In this document: positions 39,186 to 48,418 of the stretch, in pieces | How positions within the stretch are numbered: the stretch's first letter is position 1 | Layout: every line of letters begins with the position of its first letter | DNA from: an uncultured Micavibrio sp. | GTDB taxonomy: Bacteria; Pseudomonadota; Alphaproteobacteria; Micavibrionales; UBA1664 | Length of the DNA stretch: 64,000 bases | Reading direction: 5' to 3' | Assembly: GCA_964531715.1 (NCBI GenBank) | Contig: CAZHEE010000008.1 | Span: 1,963 to 65,962 of the forward strand | Made by a program: the position numbers and the translations under genes | The notes under the pieces: generated by a model | Database searches by the model: none | Seen by the model: the letters and a program-made list of their open reading frames with translations, nothing else | What the model was told of the DNA's origin: nothing

Positions 39186-39869
39186 ATGGTCGAAAAAAAA
39201 CCGATACCAAAAAGAGATAAAACACTGGCGGCGCAAAAACCCGAGGTTGACAGCCCACTTGGCAATGTTGTTATCCGAAACCAGTTTTATCGCGATGGTT
39301 ATCGTACACTTATTAAAATTGCGTTGTTTCAGGCGGCAATTATTTTGGGGCTACTGGTTGTGGTTGGAGTGTTTGTCAATACGCATCAACCTGTCCGTAC
39401 ATATTTTGCGACAACTGAGGACGGTCGCGTTATCCCGATGGTTCCCTTGTCCCAGCCGAATTTGACGCGTCCTGCGCTTTTGTCATGGGCGGCGCAATCG
39501 GCAACAGAGACAATGACATTCGGCTTTCACGATTATCGCCGTCGTCTTCAAGAATCATCCCGTCACTTTACACGCCGTGGCTGGGCCAGCTTTGCCCAAG
39601 CCTTGCAAGATTCGGGCATGATTGAAACGGTGACCGATAACAGACAGGTTATATCGGCCACGCCGCGGCAGGCACCGACAATTCTGGCCGAAGGGCTGTT
39701 GGCAAATGGTGTTTACAGATGGGAAGTCGAGATGCCGATGCTGATTACTTATGAGCTGGGTCAGACGCGCCGATCCAACAATATGAATATTCGTCTGGTC
39801 ATTGTCCGTGTGCCGAAGCTGGAAAGCACAAACGGTGTTGGCATTGAACAATGGATTGCGTATAACTAA
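39186..39869 (+). CDS. icmL: Type IVB secretion protein IcmL/DotI (TraM-like)
   Basis: The motif RNQFYRDGYR followed by a single TM is characteristic. The length is 227 aa, and this is the first gene of an L-K-E-G order. Confidence 0.85.
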   Translation: MVEKKPIPKRDKTLAAQKPEVDSPLGNVVIRNQFYRDGYRTLIKIALFQAAIILGLLVVVGVFVNTHQPVRTYFATTEDGRVIPMVPLSQPNLTRPALLSWAAQSATETMTFGFHDYRRRLQESSRHFTRRGWASFAQALQDSGMIETVTDNRQVISATPRQAPTILAEGLLANGVYRWEVEMPMLITYELGQTRRSNNMNIRLVIVRVPKLESTNGVGIEQWIAYN

Positions 39870-39930
39870 ATTTCAGGCTATAAATTAAGCTTACTAGTTA
39901 CCATAAGAAAATAATGTGAAGTTGAGTTGC

Positions 39931-41007
39931 ATGTCAGACCTAAAAACAATTAAATTTCTTGCCGCCGCTTTTACGTTTTTGGTTGTGCCTTTTCAGGTTC
40001 AGGCTCAAATTCCCAATCCGCTTGATCAATTCAGAACAAATAGTAACGAGCAGCAGGCTCAGCCACAACAACAGTCCCAACCGCGAAACCCGGATGATAT
40101 ACCGCCCCCGACAATCGGCGGCATGCAACAGCAAGGCTTAACCCAAGAGCAGATTAATCAGGCCTTGGCAGGCTATAACCTTGATGGCGGTATGACGCTG
40201 GAAGAGCGTCAGGCAGAGGCCGAGGCTCAAGCTAGAGAGTCAGCCTTTGAGGCTATGATGAACGGCGCCTTCCCTTTGAAACCGGAAGAAATCCGCGAAG
40301 TCTTGGAAGTTTTTAGAGAGGTGAGAGAGGCAAGCGAGAGCCGTATCGGTGGCGCGCCAAACCCTGAAATTACATTGGAATCCGTACCGCTGGACCCCGG
40401 GTCAACACCGCCGATTATCCAATTATCGCCGAATTATGTCACAACCCTCAATGTCCTTGATATTACAGGGCAACCATGGCCGATACAGGATATCAGCTGG
40501 GGCGGAAATTTTGAAATTCTCCAACCTGAAGACGGGGCGAATATTGTTCGGATCAGTCCCTTAAGGGCGCATGAGGTCGGTAATTTATCGGTTCGCCTTG
40601 TTGATTTGAACACGCCTGTTATATTCAGCCTTCAAAGCGATCTCGGCGATGTTGATGTCCGCTTTGATGCTCAAATCCCTGAATATGGACCGAATGCGGA
40701 AATGCCACTGATTGATAATGGCGGTATTCAAACCACGGCAGGGGATAATGAGATTATTCGTATTTTGGACGGTGTGCCACCATCTCAGGCAGAGAAGCTG
40801 GACGTCGATGGGGTTGACGGTCGGACAAGCGTTTATGAAGTAGACGGGCGCATTTATGTGCGCACGCCCCATACATTGCTTTCGCCCGGATGGTCTGGGA
40901 CAATCAAATCTGCCGATGGAACATCCGTTTATGCGATTAACCAGTCACCTGTTTTATTGCTGTCTGACAGAGGCAAAATGGTCAGGGCATTTGTTAATTA
41001 TAACTAA
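39931..41007 (+). CDS. icmK: Type IVB secretion protein IcmK/DotH (TraN-like)
   Basis: It has the signal peptide MSDLKTIKFLAAAFTFLVVPFQVQAQ, a Q-rich linker and a beta-rich C-terminal domain, and sits after icmL. An alternative GTG start lies at 39916. Confidence 0.75.
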   Translation: MSDLKTIKFLAAAFTFLVVPFQVQAQIPNPLDQFRTNSNEQQAQPQQQSQPRNPDDIPPPTIGGMQQQGLTQEQINQALAGYNLDGGMTLEERQAEAEAQARESAFEAMMNGAFPLKPEEIREVLEVFREVREASESRIGGAPNPEITLESVPLDPGSTPPIIQLSPNYVTTLNVLDITGQPWPIQDISWGGNFEILQPEDGANIVRISPLRAHEVGNLSVRLVDLNTPVIFSLQSDLGDVDVRFDAQIPEYGPNAEMPLIDNGGIQTTAGDNEIIRILDGVPPSQAEKLDVDGVDGRTSVYEVDGRIYVRTPHTLLSPGWSGTIKSADGTSVYAINQSPVLLLSDRGKMVRAFVNYN

Positions 41008-41043
41008 TTTATAAGAATAAGAATTAAGAATGGTTTTATACCG

Positions 41044-42372
41044 ATGAATGACTTTAAAGATGATGATTTTGATAACTTTGATGATGATTTTAGTGATTTC
41101 GATTCCGACTCATCAGAGACTTGGAAAAGTAATCCGCTTTTAAAAATCTTTCTTGTTGTCGGAGGGGTTATAGCCCTTATTGCGGCGGTTGCTATCTTTG
41201 CGGGCGGTGATGAAGATATCCCGTCACGTGTTGGCGGCGGACTTGACCAAAGTGAGACGTTAGGTGGTGAGATTTCGCAAAATTATGCAGAAGTACTGGA
41301 AGAAGTCAATCAACAGCGTTTGGAAGAGGCCGTTCAATCAGGCCAAAGCACGATTCCGATGTTAATCAACCCTGAGGAAACAGACCTCTTAACCCCGACC
41401 GAAGATTTGCCGCCGATGCAGGATTTTGACCCGCTTGCATCTTTCCGCGCAACAATGCAGGAGGAGGCTGAACCTGAACAACAGCAGGCTTTTACGGAAG
41501 AACCTGTCTTAATCGCACCTGAGCAGGTTTTTACACCTCAGGCTCAACCAATTCCTGCCCCTAACCCGGAAGCCGTACAAAATCTGGCGCAGGCCATGTC
41601 TGCCAATATAGGGGAGATTTTAGCCAATCATGCGCCTGGCCCTGCACGAATTGTTCAGGTCACATCTATGGAACAGCCTTTGGATGCAACTGCGTCAGGT
41701 AGCGGACAAGGCGGCAGGCTGGTCGATACAAACGGTGACGGCATTCCCGATACACCTGTCGATGATTTAATCGGTATTGATAGTGAAACTGGCGAAGTGG
41801 TTATTCAAAATGTTTTAGTTTCTGCAGGGACAATTAATTACGGGCAGGTTTTGATTGAGGCAAACAGCGATGTCCCAGGCCCTGTTTTGGTGCAATTAGT
41901 GTCAGGACCATTGGCAGGTGCTCGCCTGATCGGCAGTTTTGATGTCGTTGGTGATCTGCTTGTTCTTAATTTTAATTCAGTAGTCATTGACGGACTTAAT
42001 CAACCTGTCAGTGCCATCGCGCTTGACCCAAATACAACATTGCCCGGCATTGCAAGCGAAGTGAATAATCGCTATTTCAAGCGTGTGATTTTACCCGCCG
42101 CCGCCCGTTTCCTTGAAGGTGTTGGCTCTGCAATTGCGCAGGATGCCGAGACAACTGTGACAGTGTCAGGTGATACAGTTATTGAAGAGACAGAAGCCCT
42201 TGATTTTGAGCAGGAAATTGGGCGCGGGGTCGAGGAAGCCTTTGAAGAAGTGGCTGACTTTATGGAAGATGAGGCCGATGCAACGCGTGTTCTTGTTCGT
42301 GTTGCGCGCGGTACGCCTGTCGGGGTTTTCTTTCTCGAACCCGTGATTGAAATTGAGGATGGAGTGCAATAA
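41044..42372 (+). CDS. icmE: Type IVB secretion protein IcmE/DotG (TraO-like; VirB10/TrbI-like C-terminus), short form
   Basis: It has an acidic N-terminus, one TM, a P/Q-rich linker and a C-terminal TrbI-like region (GTINYGQVLIEANSDVPGPVLVQLVSGPLAGARLIGSF). Confidence 0.75.
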   Translation: MNDFKDDDFDNFDDDFSDFDSDSSETWKSNPLLKIFLVVGGVIALIAAVAIFAGGDEDIPSRVGGGLDQSETLGGEISQNYAEVLEEVNQQRLEEAVQSGQSTIPMLINPEETDLLTPTEDLPPMQDFDPLASFRATMQEEAEPEQQQAFTEEPVLIAPEQVFTPQAQPIPAPNPEAVQNLAQAMSANIGEILANHAPGPARIVQVTSMEQPLDATASGSGQGGRLVDTNGDGIPDTPVDDLIGIDSETGEVVIQNVLVSAGTINYGQVLIEANSDVPGPVLVQLVSGPLAGARLIGSFDVVGDLLVLNFNSVVIDGLNQPVSAIALDPNTTLPGIASEVNNRYFKRVILPAAARFLEGVGSAIAQDAETTVTVSGDTVIEETEALDFEQEIGRGVEEAFEEVADFMEDEADATRVLVRVARGTPVGVFFLEPVIEIEDGVQ

Positions 42373-43622
42373 TGGATAATAAGGACATCAATCAGGATTT
42401 CGACGATATATCATTCGAGGAAGAAGATTACGACTTTGAAGATGACGCTTTCGATGAGGGCGAATCTGACTACCCGGAACCAGTCAAAAAATCCTCATTA
42501 AATTGGTTTAACATTCTTATTTTCGGTGGATTGGCGATTGCTGTTATCGGCCTATCCTATATCTATCTTCCGTCTATTTTTGGCGGTGGCAATCAAGATG
42601 CGCAACAGCAAACTCCAGTCGTAGCCTCGGATACACTTCAACCAAGCGAACCAGCCTCGCAACAAAATATTGCTGAGGCTGCCGTGACGGATGAATTGAG
42701 CGGAAATGAAATTGCGGAAGGCGGATTGCTCGATAACCCTGATATGTTTGCCGATACGGATGACCAATTTATTTACATCTCGGCGCAAGAAGATAACGCG
42801 GTATTTGATGAGATTAACGCTCAACTGACAACGAATGCCGAAGATGATTTAGATATTTTTTTCCCGGATTTTGAGCCAGCTCAAAATAATGATCAACAAA
42901 CTATGGCAGAGATGGATGAAGTTTTCACGCCGGCCTTACCTGATATTAATGTGGCGAATAACACTCAAGAGGAGGTAAGGAATACAGTTCCTGCAGAGCC
43001 AATGGTTGTTATGACTGAGCCAATGGAAACACAAAGAATAGATGACCAGCCGCAAAATAACCTGCAAACGCCTTTAGAGAATAGTGAAATTGCGGAGATG
43101 AAGGCGACCATGAATATCTTGTCACAACAAATGGCGGATATAATGGATATGGTTCAAAGCCAGTCTGATGATAAGGGTTCTGATGACATATCAACATTAC
43201 AGACCAGTATTGAGCGGCTTGAAGCGCGCTTGCGTAGTTTGGAAGATAATACGCCACAGCAATCATCTGATACGGCTTCACAAACAAGGGAAGAGCTTGC
43301 CCAAGTTGAAGTCAATAATAATACGACACTACAAGAGTCTGAAACTATTGCATCGCCTGCGCCTCAACCTGTAAAAAAAGTTGAGGTTCGTGAGCCAAGA
43401 CCTGCCCAACCTGTTGTGGTCTCCACCCCTGAACGCTCCCGCATAAGCTGGCAATTGCGCGGTGCATCGCCTGAGCAAGCTTTTCTGGCCAATCAAGCCA
43501 ATGGCGCGGTGACGACCGTCAGCTTGGGGCAAACCGTTCCGGGCTTAGGACGTATTGAGAGCATTGCGGTTGAAAACGGGCGTTGGGTTGTTCGCGGCAC
43601 AAATGGTATTGTACGCCAGTAA
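42372..43622 (+). CDS. icmG: Type IVB secretion protein IcmG/DotF-like (TraP-like)
   Basis: It has an acidic N-terminus, one TM, a coiled-coil and a C-terminal block (WQLRGASPEQAFLA...VSLGQTVPGLGRIESI). It sits directly after the icmE-like gene, and the two share an ATGA start/stop overlap. Confidence 0.6.
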   Translation: MDNKDINQDFDDISFEEEDYDFEDDAFDEGESDYPEPVKKSSLNWFNILIFGGLAIAVIGLSYIYLPSIFGGGNQDAQQQTPVVASDTLQPSEPASQQNIAEAAVTDELSGNEIAEGGLLDNPDMFADTDDQFIYISAQEDNAVFDEINAQLTTNAEDDLDIFFPDFEPAQNNDQQTMAEMDEVFTPALPDINVANNTQEEVRNTVPAEPMVVMTEPMETQRIDDQPQNNLQTPLENSEIAEMKATMNILSQQMADIMDMVQSQSDDKGSDDISTLQTSIERLEARLRSLEDNTPQQSSDTASQTREELAQVEVNNNTTLQESETIASPAPQPVKKVEVREPRPAQPVVVSTPERSRISWQLRGASPEQAFLANQANGAVTTVSLGQTVPGLGRIESIAVENGRWVVRGTNGIVRQ

Positions 43623-43644
43623 TAGCCAACCACGGGTAATAGAT

Positions 43645-44073
43645 TCAGTCGTTAAAGTGACCATGGGTTTGTCTTTGATCGCTATATAATAACGTGTTGT
43701 TACCGCCTCCATGCTCCTGCATTGCGGCGCTGACGATTGAGACCACACCACCGAGCGCACCGCCATAAATTGTACCGCCGACAATTTTCGCAACAGGCGA
43801 CATTTGATCGCCCGTTAATGAGCGATAGGCTTTGTTAACAAAAGGGATATGTTGTAACGGGTTAAGGATATCAAGTAACTCGCTAAAGCCTAAGTTGGGT
43901 GGTATTCCAGTCTTATTGCCTTCATCATCCAATCTCAATGCCGGTGGCTGAAAAGCTGTACTTACACTATTATTATTTTGCCAATGGGCGGATGTCCCTG
44001 CCATGCGCTCTGGCGCAAAATGGCGTTCACGTGTATAAAACGGTTGAGGTAATATATTATTGGAACGATCCAT
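43645..44073 (-). CDS. Conserved hypothetical protein
   Basis: The 142-aa product carries the motif LLDILNPLQHIPFVNKAYRSLTGD followed by a Gly-rich hydrophobic segment. It resembles an uncharacterised alphaproteobacterial family from memory, which I could not verify. Confidence 0.5.
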   Translation of the reverse strand: MDRSNNILPQPFYTRERHFAPERMAGTSAHWQNNNSVSTAFQPPALRLDDEGNKTGIPPNLGFSELLDILNPLQHIPFVNKAYRSLTGDQMSPVAKIVGGTIYGGALGGVVSIVSAAMQEHGGGNNTLLYSDQRQTHGHFND

Positions 44074-44114
44074 CCATTCTCAAACTGCAAATTTCATGCC
44101 ATAGTCAGATTGTC

Positions 44115-44693
44115 ATGGTTTACCCGCATTGTAAAATAGCACTTGTTGATTTAGAGCCTGTTATCGCGGAGAGTTTGGGACAGGCTTTTGCCCTTAATTA
44201 TCAGCCGCCAATCGAAATTAAGAAGTTCAATTCGGTTAAAGACTTTGCCGAAACGCGAGAGACTTATAATCTTTGTATCAGCAATGAGTTGATATCGAAA
44301 GGCAACGCCGATTATTTTTATCATTACAATACCAAACAACGACATAGAATGGGTATTATACTCGATCAACTCGAAACCTTACTCCTTTCTCATCAAAGGT
44401 TTGACATCACTTATGGTGATTATTACCTGAACTATGATGACTCCCGGCTTTCTTTTCATGATCGGGATATACTATTAAGCGAACGCGAACGTGAGCTGGT
44501 CTTCATGCTCTTAAAGGGTACTGAGAACGGGCAAACAAAACAAACACTTTTGACATCAATTTGGGGATACGCGCCTGATATTGACACTCATACGCTTGAA
44601 ACCCATATTTATCGCCTGCGGCAAAAGATAGAGGACACGCCCGATAAACCGACGAGGCTTATCACAACGCATGACGGGTATAAGTTTCAATAG
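44115..44693 (+). CDS. OmpR/PhoB-type winged-helix DNA-binding protein with short, degenerate receiver-like N-terminus
   Basis: The C-terminal part ERERELVFMLL...TLLTSIWGYAPDIDTHTLETHIYRLRQKI...THDGYKFQ is a classic trans_reg_C domain. ATG 44115 is chosen because the longer ORF from 43899 overlaps the opposite-strand gene. Confidence 0.7.
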   Translation: MVYPHCKIALVDLEPVIAESLGQAFALNYQPPIEIKKFNSVKDFAETRETYNLCISNELISKGNADYFYHYNTKQRHRMGIILDQLETLLLSHQRFDITYGDYYLNYDDSRLSFHDRDILLSERERELVFMLLKGTENGQTKQTLLTSIWGYAPDIDTHTLETHIYRLRQKIEDTPDKPTRLITTHDGYKFQ

Positions 44694-44694
44694 C

Positions 44695-46566
44695 TTACTT
44701 CTTTTTCTTGCGCTGTTTCGGCTTTATTGTCTTGGTATCTTTATCACCATCATTATGATCAAGAATTTCCATTGCAGGGTTCACATCCGGCCCTTGGTCA
44801 ACCAATTCTTCGAGCCTTTCTTCAGAGCGCGAGCGCGTGAAGATATTAACCCGAACACCTTCTTTCCTGAGCAGATAATATTGTTGCAGACAGGATAGAA
44901 TGTTACTCCATGACCAGTAAATCACCAAGCCAACCGGGAATTTTGCGAGGATAATGGTTATCCAGAATGGCATAATGCCGAACACGAAACGTTGCGTTTT
45001 ATCCTGCGGCGGTGGTGACAAGCGTTGTTGTATCACAAGGGTTAGGCACATAATAATCGGCCATGCCCCGATATGAAGCCAAAGCGGCGCACCCCATGGG
45101 AGTAAACCGAACCCTTCAAAAAGATTGGTCGGGTCCATCGCGGACATATCGTCGATCCAACCCCAAAAAGGCTCATGCCGCATGCCGATATTCACATAGA
45201 ACACCTTGTAAAGTGCAAAGAAAATCGGGATTTGAATGAGCATCGGAATGCATCCTGCAACGGGATTCACTTGCTCTTTTTGATAAAGCTCGTAAATTGC
45301 TTGCTGCATCTTCACGCGGTCTTGACCGTATTTCTCGCGAATTTCAACCATCTGAGGGGTAATTTTACGCATCCGAGCGAATGATCGGAATGATTTTTGC
45401 GCTAGCGGGAATACCGCTAAACGAATAAGCACCGTAAAGATAAGCAGCGCGACCGCAAAATTCCCGACTTTCTCATTTAAAAAAGTCAAAACCTCATAAA
45501 AAGGTCTTGTTAGAAAATAAAGTATCCCGAAATCAACCGCCAAATCGAAATGCGGAATATTATATTGCGCGGCATAATCCTCCAGCATATTAACGATTTT
45601 CGGCCCTGCGAAAAACTCTATCGGCATAGTCACGGTTGCGCCTGCCTGAACAATCATCGGCGCGCCCATCATATCGGTTTGATAAAATGTCTCGCCATTC
45701 AATTGCGGACTGCCGGTAAAGCGATATTTTACGCTTGCCGTGTAGTCGCGTCCAGTTGTGAGCGCGGCGAGCCAATATTTATCCGTCATCCCGATCCATC
45801 CTTGGTCTGCGGAAATCGTTGTATTCTCGCCTTTGTCGAGGTCTTTATAATCAACCTCAAACAGCTCGTCACCGATGTAGCCAATCGGACCTTCATGGAG
45901 GATAAATGCCCCCGTCATATCGGCAGGCAAGCCCATCCGCCCGACCAAAGCAAACGGATAAAGCGTGATTGCACGGTCGGTCGTGTTACGCACGCCTTGG
46001 TCAATCGTGAACATATAATCATCATCAAGGGTGATTGTTTTTGTGAATTGTAAACCGTTGGGGCTGTCCCACGTTAAAGTCACAGGTTCGTTCGGTTGTA
46101 TTGTTGAGCCGTTTGCTTCCCAAAGAGTATCCTTATTCGGTACGGCAATGGCAGGGTCGGCGGCAACCCAGCCGAACTGCCCGTAATAACCATGAGGACC
46201 AGAAGTAGGGTTGAGAAGCTCCACCATCTCATTCCCATTCGGCACGGTCATATAATTTTTGAGCGCGATATCATCGATGCGCGCCCCTTTGAGGCGCAGG
46301 CTTCCTGTGATCGTTTCGCTTTCTATTGCCAAGCGGCTATTGGCTTGAAGGGCTTCATCACGTGATAGGGCAGGCGCGTTCAGACTCTCGATAATCTCGG
46401 GATTATTTTGAATAAATTCGGCTTGCTCTTCTTGAAACTGCCGCAATGCTTCTTGCCGCGGTTGAAACACAAAATGGTCAAAGGCCAGATAAACACCGAT
46501 CACGGCAAAGAAGAATAAAACCATATTCCTCATATCTTGCGGGTGCATAAATTCTTTTTGTTGCAT
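44695..46566 (-). CDS. yidC: Membrane protein insertase YidC
   Basis: The 623-aa product has an N-terminal TM, a large periplasmic domain and a conserved 5-TM C-terminal core. It lies downstream of yidD. Confidence 0.95.
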   Translation of the reverse strand: MQQKEFMHPQDMRNMVLFFFAVIGVYLAFDHFVFQPRQEALRQFQEEQAEFIQNNPEIIESLNAPALSRDEALQANSRLAIESETITGSLRLKGARIDDIALKNYMTVPNGNEMVELLNPTSGPHGYYGQFGWVAADPAIAVPNKDTLWEANGSTIQPNEPVTLTWDSPNGLQFTKTITLDDDYMFTIDQGVRNTTDRAITLYPFALVGRMGLPADMTGAFILHEGPIGYIGDELFEVDYKDLDKGENTTISADQGWIGMTDKYWLAALTTGRDYTASVKYRFTGSPQLNGETFYQTDMMGAPMIVQAGATVTMPIEFFAGPKIVNMLEDYAAQYNIPHFDLAVDFGILYFLTRPFYEVLTFLNEKVGNFAVALLIFTVLIRLAVFPLAQKSFRSFARMRKITPQMVEIREKYGQDRVKMQQAIYELYQKEQVNPVAGCIPMLIQIPIFFALYKVFYVNIGMRHEPFWGWIDDMSAMDPTNLFEGFGLLPWGAPLWLHIGAWPIIMCLTLVIQQRLSPPPQDKTQRFVFGIMPFWITIILAKFPVGLVIYWSWSNILSCLQQYYLLRKEGVRVNIFTRSRSEERLEELVDQGPDVNPAMEILDHNDGDKDTKTIKPKQRKKKK

Positions 46567-46633
46567 GGGATAAGTACGCTCTTTAATTATTTTAGCGCGA
46601 CAATAGCGCAGGATGGATAGCCCTGCAATGGCG

Positions 46634-46912
46634 TTAATGCTCTTTTACATCAGGCACGGGATCGTGCCCCTGACACTTATGCCAGTGCCTGTCATTCAAC
46701 GGATGACACTTTGAAAGTCGTTTTAAGCCAAGCCAGGCGCCTTTCATACTGCCATGCGTTTGAATAGCCTCAATCATATATGCAGAGCATGTCGGCACAT
46801 AGCGGCAATTCTTACCGAATAGGGGTGACAAAGTAACTTGATAAAGCCTCACCAAACTAATGAGCATTTTTCTTATAATCATGGTCACGATTATTATCGA
46901 ATAAACTTGCAT
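46634..46912 (-). CDS. yidD: Membrane protein insertion efficiency factor YidD
   Basis: The motifs LVRLYQVTLSPLFGKNCRYVPTCSAYMIEAI and KCHPL are present. The true start may be an internal Met at 46882 or 46867. Confidence 0.85.
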   Translation of the reverse strand: MQVYSIIIVTMIIRKMLISLVRLYQVTLSPLFGKNCRYVPTCSAYMIEAIQTHGSMKGAWLGLKRLSKCHPLNDRHWHKCQGHDPVPDVKEH

Positions 46913-46978
46913 CGGTAAAGTTTCATTAATATAAGTATATTATGCTAATTGGCGAAATAACAGGTTATCCCTAAGAAA

Positions 46979-47881
46979 ATGGCAACATCAAAGCATGATA
47001 AGCAGGCACTGGCGGATTTATTCATCCATATGGGTGTGCCTCTCATTACATCTATCCAAACGGTAGAGAGCTGGTCAGGCGGTGAGGCCGAGCCACAGGT
47101 TCAACGCGCTGAAAAGCTCGCGAAGCTTCTTAATGTTTCGGTTGATTTCGCAACCAAAGTAACGAAGAAGCTTGAAATTCGGGATGCTTATACGCTTGAA
47201 AATGTCCGTGGGCGCATAATCCGTATCGTAACGCCCATTATTGGCGATTATTATGTAACGAATGGCAGCCTGCCTGAAGAGGACGCGCTCAACAGCTTGA
47301 CCGACTTATTTGATGTGTTAATATCATTTGCATCCTCTGTGTCACCAACGGATGAAAAGGGCTCAAAATCCAGTAAGATTGCACTCCTGATCGAACAATC
47401 CGCGCCTTTGATTGACGCTATCCGCGCGAATAATCTGGGTCAAAAAGAGCCTGATATTTTCACAAACTCAGTAGACGGGATTAAAACCCGTGCAGAGCAA
47501 TTGGCAGAATCGCTTGGTCAAGCTGACGGTATTGAAAGCGGCTTGTATAAGGCTGTTTTGGCTGTCTTTACCTCATCTTATAAACAAATAGCGGAGAAAG
47601 AAGGCACTTTGGATGATGTCTGGAACGAATGTGACCAGCGTCTTATTTTAATTCAGGGGCTGACGGCCTTTGTGGGTGATAAGGCAGGCATTGATAAGGG
47701 TGAGAAAACCAAAGCTCAAACACCTGCGAAAACAAAAGAGGAAAAAGAACCGGAGAAAAAAGAAACATCACCATCGGAAGAATCGAAGAAATCCAATGAT
47801 AATAATGGCGATAGCGATGATAGTGATGACGATGCGGATGACGGTGATTTTAACCCGATGGCGTTTTTTTCAGGCGGATAA
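46979..47881 (+). CDS. Hypothetical protein with K/E-rich then poly-acidic C-terminal tail
   Basis: The 300-aa ORF is co-oriented with and 15 nt upstream of the lytic transglycosylase-dotDCB block. Its tail reads ...NGDSDDSDDDADDGDFNPMAFFSGG. Confidence 0.6.
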   Translation: MATSKHDKQALADLFIHMGVPLITSIQTVESWSGGEAEPQVQRAEKLAKLLNVSVDFATKVTKKLEIRDAYTLENVRGRIIRIVTPIIGDYYVTNGSLPEEDALNSLTDLFDVLISFASSVSPTDEKGSKSSKIALLIEQSAPLIDAIRANNLGQKEPDIFTNSVDGIKTRAEQLAESLGQADGIESGLYKAVLAVFTSSYKQIAEKEGTLDDVWNECDQRLILIQGLTAFVGDKAGIDKGEKTKAQTPAKTKEEKEPEKKETSPSEESKKSNDNNGDSDDSDDDADDGDFNPMAFFSGG

Positions 47882-47896
47882 AGTAGCGATAGCCTC

Positions 47897-48313
47897 ATGC
47901 TTCTCAATCAAATATTTGCAACTTGCCTGATGGTCGCGGCACAAAATTATGCCATACCGCCGCAAGTCCTGATTGGGATCCTCCATGTTGAGGGCGGTAA
48001 GGTGGGGCAGCAGGTGCGCAACACAAACGGTACTTATGATTTAGGCCCGATGCAAATTAACACGCTATGGACAAAGGTTTTGGCTGAGGAATGGGGGGTT
48101 TCTCGCTCTTATGCCCATCGTGTCATCCGTGATGACCCTTGCACCAATGTGAATGTCGCCGCATGGATTTTTCGCAAAAACTGGAACGAGGCAAAATCAC
48201 TATCAAAGGCAATCGCCTGGTATAACTCCCGAACGCCGCATATCGGGCGCGCCTATCGCCTGAAAGTCATTGCCGCCATGCGCAGGAATAACCTGCTCGA
48301 GCCCAAAGGATAA
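47897..48313 (+). CDS. Lytic transglycosylase (SLT domain), secretion-system-associated type
   Basis: The candidate catalytic region HVEGGKVG and the motif YDLGPMQIN are present. The length is 138 aa, and it lies upstream of dotD. Confidence 0.75.
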   Translation: MLLNQIFATCLMVAAQNYAIPPQVLIGILHVEGGKVGQQVRNTNGTYDLGPMQINTLWTKVLAEEWGVSRSYAHRVIRDDPCTNVNVAAWIFRKNWNEAKSLSKAIAWYNSRTPHIGRAYRLKVIAAMRRNNLLEPKG

Positions 48314-48418
48314 AGGCACACATTAGAGAATTGAGCTTTTTACGAAAAAAGAAGAATAAAAAGCTTTCGATTTTTGGCGAGATAGTCGATAATCATAAGC
48401 CTGTGAAGCTTTAATAAA

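Noticed and set aside
43899-44114. N-terminal extension of the winged-helix regulator ORF
   Set aside because: It overlaps the opposite-strand 142-aa ORF for 175 nt, and its composition (YLHYYYFANG...) is not domain-like. ATG 44115 was chosen instead, with moderate confidence.
45550-46053. 167-aa ORF antisense to yidC
   Set aside because: It is a shadow ORF inside a strongly supported essential gene.
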